Source: an uncultured Syntrophales bacterium
GTDB lineage: Bacteria > Desulfobacterota > Syntrophia > Syntrophales > JAAYKM01
DNA length: 64,000 nucleotides
NCBI GenBank assembly: GCA_964494155.1
Contig: CAZBQX010000001.1
Span: 43,286-107,285 of the forward strand
Direction of reading: 5' to 3'
The translations under genes were made by a program, and so were the position numbers. Positions within the stretch are counted from its first letter, which is position 1. Each line of letters begins with the position of its first letter. The notes under the pieces are model-generated. The model saw nothing but the letters and a program-made list of their open reading frames with translations, was not told the DNA's origin and did no database searches. Below are positions 54,001-60,254 of the stretch, piece by piece.

Positions 54001-54026
54001 CATTTCCCCCTGTTACCGGCTGAGGC

Positions 54027-54545
54027 TCAAAAAGCCGGCGCGAGAGACTTCAGCGTCTCCATCACTGCAGGCGCCTGGGATTCAGCGACATTGTAGACGG
54101 TCAGATTCACAATCAGGCCATTGGTAACAATGTTATTCGACCCGGGGACCTGATTCACTTGAAACACACCTTCTCCTCCGTTGAAACTGCCCAGAACAGC
54201 GGTGGTCTGAAACTGGAGGTTGTCATCGGATGAGCCGTCGCCTGTCGACGTTAATGTAACCTGCCCTGATTGAGTATCTCCATCGAATCCTGCATCATAA
54301 TCGACTTGCGCCCACTTGTTTCCCTGCGTATCCCAGAAGCCCTTGAAGGTAATCGCAAAATAGAAACCCAGGTAGCCTCCCCGCATATCTTCCAACTGCG
54401 ACTCCCCGAGTGCGACAAGCTCCTGATCTTCGAGTCCCGTCCATTGCTCCGATCCATATACCGGTGTGTACAACGCAAAGTAACCGGCGATACACATAAG
54501 GAATACGACAATGGATCGGTTGGTAAACTTTCGACGGTTACACAT
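54027..54545 (-). CDS. Secreted protein with one amyloid-type repeat, FapE-like by position
   Basis: Signal/TM N-terminus. The C-terminal FNGGEGVFQVNQVPGSNNIVTNGLIVNLTV resembles the repeats of the 200-aa protein. AAGGAG RBS. Confidence 0.5.
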   Translation of the reverse strand: MCNRRKFTNRSIVVFLMCIAGYFALYTPVYGSEQWTGLEDQELVALGESQLEDMRGGYLGFYFAITFKGFWDTQGNKWAQVDYDAGFDGDTQSGQVTLTSTGDGSSDDNLQFQTTAVLGSFNGGEGVFQVNQVPGSNNIVTNGLIVNLTVYNVAESQAPAVMETLKSLAPAF

Positions 54546-54556
54546 AGTCGTTCTCC

Positions 54557-55258
54557 TTAATTCTTCATTTCAAAGGGTACGCTCAACATCGGTGCCCCGA
54601 CGTAGAGGTCCCTGATTCGCCATATTTCTTCCTTTGATATACTCAATTGCTTCAGATCTTCATGGGGGCGATTTGCCTGTTGCGGATTCTTTTCCAGCAC
54701 AAGCAGGAGAATGCCGTTCCATCCCTCCGTGAATTCCCTGACCGGCAGGGCGCGTCGGCCGATAATCGGGTCGCTGATATAAACCCGGTCGCCCAATACC
54801 CCCCGCAGCACCACGAAATGTTTGAACCCCTTGATGTCGAGGAGGACAATGGACGGCAGTTGCAGCTTCCTCAAGGTCTCGAAGGGCACCCTGAACCCCT
54901 CGGCCCTGAATTCCCCGGTTCTTTCCGCGTAGAGCTTCAGATCGAGCATGGAGAACCCCTTTTGGGCAATCAACTCCCGGTCGCCATGGTTCAGGATGTC
55001 TGCGATGACATCGGACTCGGAAATATCCCGGGCGTAATAGTACTTCAGAATCGTCGCCAGGGCGGCGGTGCCGCAACTGATATCGAGTTTCTGCCGGACA
55101 ATGCCCGTGTAGCGCATTTCTTTCATGCTCTTGACGGGTTTTTTCAGGATTGTGCCCTGCGTGCCGGTCCGGAATTCAACCATACCCGCAAACGCAAAAC
55201 TCACTCCGAAGAGAAAGCCCATGATTCCGAGAACGATCACTTTTCCGAAAGTCGCCAT
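54557..55258 (-). CDS. C39-family cysteine peptidase domain protein, FapD-like
   Basis: Catalytic Cys context LDISCGTAALATILKYYY and His context KHFVVLRGV, with an N-terminal signal/anchor. ATG at 55258, 5 nt after GGGGAGG. Confidence 0.75.
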   Translation of the reverse strand: MATFGKVIVLGIMGFLFGVSFAFAGMVEFRTGTQGTILKKPVKSMKEMRYTGIVRQKLDISCGTAALATILKYYYARDISESDVIADILNHGDRELIAQKGFSMLDLKLYAERTGEFRAEGFRVPFETLRKLQLPSIVLLDIKGFKHFVVLRGVLGDRVYISDPIIGRRALPVREFTEGWNGILLLVLEKNPQQANRPHEDLKQLSISKEEIWRIRDLYVGAPMLSVPFEMKN

Positions 55259-55261
55259 CGC

Positions 55262-55312
55262 GCCTCCCCTGCAACGGAAAACAGGGGAGGAGGTGTTGCA
55301 CACCTCCTTCCC
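55262..55312 (-). promoter_or_regulatory. Two mutually exclusive hairpins between the fapC-like and fapD-like genes
   Basis: mRNA sense: GGGGA(A)GGAGGTGT-GCA-ACACCTCCTCCCC (13 bp), then TGTTTTCC. Its 3' arm also pairs as CCTCCCCTG-N10-CAGGGGAGG, which buries the fapD-like RBS. Confidence 0.6.
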
Positions 55313-55350
55313 CTAAATTTTAAATTGAACAAATGTACTCTTAACGCTCA

Positions 55351-56520
55351 CTACTCGCCCGGAGTCGGCGTCACCTCGCCACCGTTCGCGGTCGGCACAT
55401 AGCAGGCGGCAAAGGCATTGGCCTGCATGTTGTTGTTGCCGGCAGCCACGTTGATGCCGAAGTTGCCCGTCATGTTGTTCAGGCTGTCCGCGGAAATCGT
55501 CGCGGTATTCGTACTCCATTTGTACACCGTGGTGACAACTGGAGCCGTCCCCGAAACCGTGCCGCTCAGAACCGCATCAGGCAGAAGCGTCTCAAAGGCA
55601 ATGCCGCCGACGCCGGTCTTCCACGGATTGTCAACCGCACCCTGGATATCAGAATCCATGTCAAGGTGACCGGTCGATGTTCCATTCGGATGTGGTAAAC
55701 CTCCTGACCAAGTATCCAGGTAGAAGTTGTCCGCCTGGTAACTCGTGACAGGGGTGTTCGGGAAGTCAACCGTACCGCTGAATGTCAGACTCACCGGGGC
55801 TTGCTCCACGACTTCTTTCACCGTCGGCGCATTGCAGGTCATGTTGTCCATGGACTTCTGCTGCACGTAGGCTACGGCCATCCCGACTCTCGCCGGCGCC
55901 GTGGCGATGGCGGTGAGATTGGTCTGGGCGTTGTTGTTGCCGGCAACCACATTCAGCCCGACATTACCCGTGGAGTTGTTCAGCACGCCATCCGCGATCG
56001 TCGCATTGTTGGCTGCTCCGTCATTCTTCGTCATGTTGAGCATGGCCTTCTGGACACTGAAAATCTGTGCCCGGGTCAGGGACATGTCCGCTTCACCGGC
56101 AGCATACGAGGCGACATTGCTCTGGGTGTTGCTGTTTCCGGCAGCCACGTTCAGGCCCAAATTGCCCGAAAAGTTCTTCAGCGAGTCTCCCGCAATGGTC
56201 GCATTGTTGTCGGATTCGTAGTTGAAGGTAAAGTTCTTCTCGGGGAACTGGTCATTCTTGGCTACTGCTTCGACCAGACCGCCGACGGTCATGTAATCAC
56301 CCTGCTCTTCAATATCGATATCCACTGTCACACTGTAGAGTTCGAGGGCCAGGTTGGCATAGGCCATGAACTGAAGCGTGGCGTCTGCATTCAGACTTAA
56401 CTGGATATCCTTGTTGATATCTCCGCAACAGCCCCCATTATTATTATCAATTGCTGCAACCGAAACGGGAACCAACATGAGCATTAAAGCTGCACATACG
56501 ACCCATAATTTTCGACTCAT
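55351..56520 (-). CDS. Secreted three-repeat protein, FapC-like major amyloid subunit candidate
   Basis: Signal peptide plus three 36-aa repeats: NNATIAGDSLKNFSGNLGLNVAAGNSNTQSNVASYA, NNATIADGVLNNSTGNVGLNVVAGNNNAQTNLTAIA and NTATISADSLNNMTGNFGINVAAGNNNMQANAFAAC. AAGGAGG RBS. Confidence 0.75.
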   Translation of the reverse strand: MSRKLWVVCAALMLMLVPVSVAAIDNNNGGCCGDINKDIQLSLNADATLQFMAYANLALELYSVTVDIDIEEQGDYMTVGGLVEAVAKNDQFPEKNFTFNYESDNNATIAGDSLKNFSGNLGLNVAAGNSNTQSNVASYAAGEADMSLTRAQIFSVQKAMLNMTKNDGAANNATIADGVLNNSTGNVGLNVVAGNNNAQTNLTAIATAPARVGMAVAYVQQKSMDNMTCNAPTVKEVVEQAPVSLTFSGTVDFPNTPVTSYQADNFYLDTWSGGLPHPNGTSTGHLDMDSDIQGAVDNPWKTGVGGIAFETLLPDAVLSGTVSGTAPVVTTVYKWSTNTATISADSLNNMTGNFGINVAAGNNNMQANAFAACYVPTANGGEVTPTPGE

Positions 56521-56541
56521 AATCCTGTACCTCCTTCTTTT

Positions 56542-57144
56542 TCATTGCATGTTCACGTTAATTACCAGGTTGTTTGAAACAGCGTTGGCCACCCCCGCCG
56601 ACTGGTTCACCTGGACGATGCCCTTACTGTTTTCGAAGGCGTGTTCACCAATGATGTCGCTTCGGATACTGTTACCGTTTTCTCCATTGAATTCCTGTGA
56701 TGCAGAACCGACCACCTGTTGCAGAACGGTGGTATCGAGCGGAACGTTCACGCCGTATCCGATCCGGACCAGATTGGCCTCCGCCGATCCGGAACCGGCG
56801 GCTTGATTGATGGACACGATCCCCACAGAAGATTGAAAAGCGTAATCCCCGATTAAATCCATCGCTTCACCGGATATACAAATCCCGGGTTGAGTAAACT
56901 GATCAATCACCCCCGACTGCAGCGTATTGCCGACGCCGATAAGATGCAAATTCGCCTGGGCATGGTTGTCGCCGGCCGCCATGTTGATTCCGATCAACCC
57001 CTGGAAATCGGAGACGGCATTATTTTCAATCACCGCCTGGTTAGCAAAGGTTTCCAACCCGCTGCCATTGGCCACGTTGCAGAATATCAATCCCATCGCC
57101 AGGAATAAAAAGGATTGCCGCTTTACCGTGGGCCCCCAAGTCAT
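56542..57144 (-). CDS. Secreted three-repeat protein, FapB-like nucleator candidate
   Basis: Signal peptide plus three repeats: FQGLIGINMAAGDNHAQANLHLIG, FQSSVGIVSINQAAGSGSAEANLVRIG and FENSKGIVQVNQSAGVANAVSNNLVIN. Strong GGAAGGAGGGGAGG RBS. Confidence 0.65.
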   Translation of the reverse strand: MTWGPTVKRQSFLFLAMGLIFCNVANGSGLETFANQAVIENNAVSDFQGLIGINMAAGDNHAQANLHLIGVGNTLQSGVIDQFTQPGICISGEAMDLIGDYAFQSSVGIVSINQAAGSGSAEANLVRIGYGVNVPLDTTVLQQVVGSASQEFNGENGNSIRSDIIGEHAFENSKGIVQVNQSAGVANAVSNNLVINVNMQ

Positions 57145-57182
57145 CTATCCTCCCCTCCTTCCTTATTGGATTTGACTTTAAT

Positions 57183-57542
57183 CTATCTGTAGCCAACCAC
57201 CGTTAGTGTTGAATATGATTGATTATTTAAATTTGCCGGACTCATCGGGGGCTCTGCCGTTCTATTCGGCTCATCCCACAAAATGATACGGTTTTCTCCC
57301 TCAGGCGCGTTTGTGGGTATTAGAGCAACCCCGTTGGTATACCCTCCCCTCACGTCATCGAGTTGTTTTGCGCCAAGCCCTTCGAGGCAGAGAATCGGGA
57401 AATCGGGTATACCTTCTTGCAGACTATACCCCGGAGAGGATGAATTACTCTGTACTGCCCAATCCTCTGCCTGAAGTCCGGGAACGCGGATGACGGCAAT
57501 CAAAACCAGAAGAAAGATGAGAATAGAGAATTGTTTTTTCAT
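57183..57542 (-). CDS. Small secreted protein, FapA-like by position
   Basis: Signal peptide MKKQFSILIFLLVLIAVIRVPGLQA. The tracked ORF starts at 57575, but that extension contains the sigma-54 promoter-like element. Confidence 0.45.
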   Translation of the reverse strand: MKKQFSILIFLLVLIAVIRVPGLQAEDWAVQSNSSSPGYSLQEGIPDFPILCLEGLGAKQLDDVRGGYTNGVALIPTNAPEGENRIILWDEPNRTAEPPMSPANLNNQSYSTLTVVGYR

Positions 57543-57553
57543 GCCCTCATTTG

Positions 57554-57569
57554 AGCAAAGGCCGTACCA
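57554..57569 (-). promoter_or_regulatory. Sigma-54 type -24/-12 promoter candidate
   Basis: The minus strand reads TGGTACGGCCTTTGCT against the consensus TGGCACG-N4-TTGCW. GG and GC are correctly spaced. It is adjacent to a sigma-54 activator gene. Confidence 0.55.
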
Positions 57570-57615
57570 TTTCATATCTATATGTTATTATTAATATTAT
57601 AATGAACTAAAGGCC

Positions 57616-57671
57616 GGATGTGTCCGCGTTGGTTTACAGTTTTCGTAAAGGGATGGTCCGTTTGGTTTACA
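57616..57671. promoter_or_regulatory. Imperfect direct repeat pair, candidate enhancer (UAS) for the adjacent activator
   Basis: GGATGTGTCCGCGTTGGTTTACA (57616-57638) and GGATGGTCCGTTTGGTTTACA (57651-57671). The identical 10-mer TTGGTTTACA recurs 33 bp apart, about 60-115 bp upstream of the -24 element. Confidence 0.45.
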
Positions 57672-57828
57672 CTGGGAAAATGGCGGAAATAAGGAAGAAA
57701 AAAACCGGAATGCCGTCTTCGCTGTTGCTAACGCTGCGCAGAAAGTCCTTTTGTCATCCCGAAAAGAATGTCAACTCAGAAGCGCATTAAAAAATGAGAA
57801 AAATGCTGCCGTAGCCGCTAACTGCCTT

Positions 57829-59301
57829 TTAGAGATGATACCTTTTCTTTAATTTGTGCATCGTCGTTCGGCTGATATGGAGCTCACGGGCGGCACGGGA
57901 AAGATTTCCCCCGCAAGCATTGAGCACCTCCAGAAGTTTTTTTCTTTCAAAACTGGACCGGATATCCTCCAATGATGAAGGCTCAGCGTTTTCCAAACGG
58001 GGTAGGTGCGCCAAGTCCAGATCAACGGCGGTGATTTCCTCACCCTCCGATACGACGATGCCCTTTCTGATTTTGTTGATCAATTCTCGCACGTTACCCG
58101 GCCAATCATAGTGATTGATGGCCTCCAGGGCATCCTTGGATAATCTTTTTTGCGGGGAGTTTTGGTCCTCACGGCAGAATTTCCCCAGAAAATATTTGGC
58201 CAAAATGACCTTGTCCGGTCCTCTGTCTCGCAATGGCGTCAAACGAATGGGGAAAACACTGAGGCGGTAATAAAGATCATCCCGGAATTTACCTTCATGG
58301 ACGGCCTTTTCGAGATTGCTGTTCGTTGCGGCAATGATGCGGGCGTCGACTTTTCTCGGTTTCAGGCAACCGATGCGTTCGATGATCTTATCTTCCAGAA
58401 AACGCAGCAGCTTTGCCTGAAGCGACCAGGGCATTTCTCCGATTTCATCGAGAAACAGCGTTCCGCCCTCGGCCAGTTCGAATTTCCCTTTCCGAGCCTG
58501 ATACGCGCCGGTGAAAGCACCTCTTTCATGACCGAAAAGTTCCGCTTCCAGGAGTGCTTCCGGGATGGCCGCGCAATTGATGATATACAGCGGATGGTTT
58601 GCTCTCGGGCTCCGCTCATGGATCGCCCTGGCGGCAAGCTCTTTTCCCGTGCCGCTTTCCCCGAGCAGCAGGACGGGGATTTCCGTCGGAGCGACCTTTC
58701 TGATCAGGGAAAACAAAACCAGCATCTGTCGGCACGTTCCGACATATTCTTCGATGATTTCGCCATCGTTATGTTTCAAAATTTCGCGGTCAATCAGATT
58801 CAGCAGGTGCAAATGAACGTCGCCGTTCAAACCTGCAAGGTGGCGGGTCAACCTCTGGAAAAAGGTTTTTCTCGTGTGGGCGGCAAGATAATCATCCGAA
58901 AATTTAAGACTGAGATGGCAGAATATACATTCTTCAATTCCATCCGGTATGGAGCGACCACAATACGGACAGACATCCCACCTGACATTTCCCGCACTGT
59001 TGCGGATGAAAGACCACAGGCGATTCATGGTCTCTTCATCGTCGTAGTAAAAACCCAGATGAGATCTGTTGTTTTCCTTGCAGATGACCCACGCAGGCAA
59101 ATCCAGATCATGCCGGCCACCGATCAGCAAACGAAGCCGCGTCTGATCATCAACGCCGTCGGTTTTTCCTTCGACCAGGGCGCCTCCCAAACTGATATTG
59201 GTAATGGTGACGGGACATGGCCTTTCTTCTCCCGACGTGATGCCTGAAGTGACGATTTCACCGCTGATTGATCGGTTGATTCTAAAATCTATTCTTGGCA
59301 T
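57829..59301 (-). CDS. Sigma-54-dependent transcriptional activator with N-terminal PilZ domain
   Basis: PilZ motifs RIDFR (RxxxR) and NISLGG (D/NxSxxG). Cys4 ribbon CPYCG...CIFCH. AAA+ Walker A GESGTGKE, GAFTGA and Walker B FLDEIGE. Fis-type HTH at the C-terminus. ATG at 59301 after GGGGGGAG. Confidence 0.85.
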   Translation of the reverse strand: MPRIDFRINRSISGEIVTSGITSGEERPCPVTITNISLGGALVEGKTDGVDDQTRLRLLIGGRHDLDLPAWVICKENNRSHLGFYYDDEETMNRLWSFIRNSAGNVRWDVCPYCGRSIPDGIEECIFCHLSLKFSDDYLAAHTRKTFFQRLTRHLAGLNGDVHLHLLNLIDREILKHNDGEIIEEYVGTCRQMLVLFSLIRKVAPTEIPVLLLGESGTGKELAARAIHERSPRANHPLYIINCAAIPEALLEAELFGHERGAFTGAYQARKGKFELAEGGTLFLDEIGEMPWSLQAKLLRFLEDKIIERIGCLKPRKVDARIIAATNSNLEKAVHEGKFRDDLYYRLSVFPIRLTPLRDRGPDKVILAKYFLGKFCREDQNSPQKRLSKDALEAINHYDWPGNVRELINKIRKGIVVSEGEEITAVDLDLAHLPRLENAEPSSLEDIRSSFERKKLLEVLNACGGNLSRAARELHISRTTMHKLKKRYHL

Positions 59302-59871
59302 AAGCTCCCCCCTTATTGCTTTCATGTGTCATTCTGAAAGAGCAACGATTATTTGACACCCCCCCGAAAAGCATCTCAAGCCTTGATATCGGTTTAAAAA
59401 ATCCCCCTCACCAACCTTACTGCTAAGAAAGTAAATGTAAATAATGAATGATTAAGCCCAAAAAAACGACCATCAGGGATGTTCAATCTTCCCTGATTCT
59501 TCGAAAATCCGTTTATGGTTGTTTTTTGATGAACTGGGTTGCCGAAAACTGCCGTCAGACGTCTTGCTTTAGAAAAGGATACAACAGCAACATAAACCTG
59601 TGCGTGTTAGTGTACCAATATTGTTTTATTTACGAGAAAGCAATACGTAATTATTTGTTACTTTATCTCAGGTTAAAACTGTTATTATGATACGGCAAAC
59701 AAAATCTTTTCCTTTATCCGACGTTTACCGGACGTTTTTCAGAGACACCGTGCAGCAAGGTATTGCATCTCTCCCCAGCGATATGATCCGGCAGACGTGT
59801 TTCTCCTCGTGATTTATATCAAAATCCAGTATGCTGCGGTGAAACAATAGAAAGGACAGAGTTGTAAACAT

Positions 59872-60240
59872 ATGCGCTATCCCTTTTTCATCATACTCCA
59901 TGCTGAACCGACCGCGGCAGCGACCAACGGTTGGGGTCTCGACGGAGCCAATGTAAACGTCTGGGTGATGGAATCCAACATTGAAGCCGCTGTCGCGGCT
60001 GCGAAATCGCACATCCTGGGTTACGCCTGGATTCCCGGGGATGTGCGCTACGCCGGCGAAGTGACGGGAGAATTAATCAAAGCCGTGGATGATGTTGAGA
60101 CGGGCAATTACGAAGAGGCGCTGCAAAGCGGTATTGCTGCGGCTTTTTATGGATGGACGAAAGAAAACAGATCTCCCGAATTTTTTGAATATCGTTCCCT
60201 GGACCCGTACCCGAAAGCAGTAAATCATCTTTTTCACTAA
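59872..60240 (+). CDS. Hypothetical protein
   Basis: 122-aa ORF with balanced composition, lying 14 nt upstream of the next gene. No family recognised. Confidence 0.55.
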   Translation: MRYPFFIILHAEPTAAATNGWGLDGANVNVWVMESNIEAAVAAAKSHILGYAWIPGDVRYAGEVTGELIKAVDDVETGNYEEALQSGIAAAFYGWTKENRSPEFFEYRSLDPYPKAVNHLFH

Positions 60241-60254
60241 AAGAGGTTAAATAA

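Noticed and set aside
54647-55402. 251-aa plus-strand ORF
   Set aside because: It is antisense to the C39 peptidase gene and to the end of the fapC-like gene. Its translation has no signal sequence or motif.
57575-57587. IHF-like site TATCTATATGTTA between the direct repeats and the sigma-54 element
   Set aside because: It has one mismatch to WATCAANNNNTTR and lies too close to the -24 element for the usual bending geometry. It may simply reflect the AT-rich spacer.
58150-59247. 365-aa plus-strand ORF
   Set aside because: It lies entirely antisense to the sigma-54 activator, whose Walker A, GAFTGA and HTH motifs are unambiguous. It has no RBS or recognisable domain.
59725-60012. 95-aa minus-strand ORF
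   Set aside because: It overlaps the better-supported plus-strand 122-aa gene and has no RBS.
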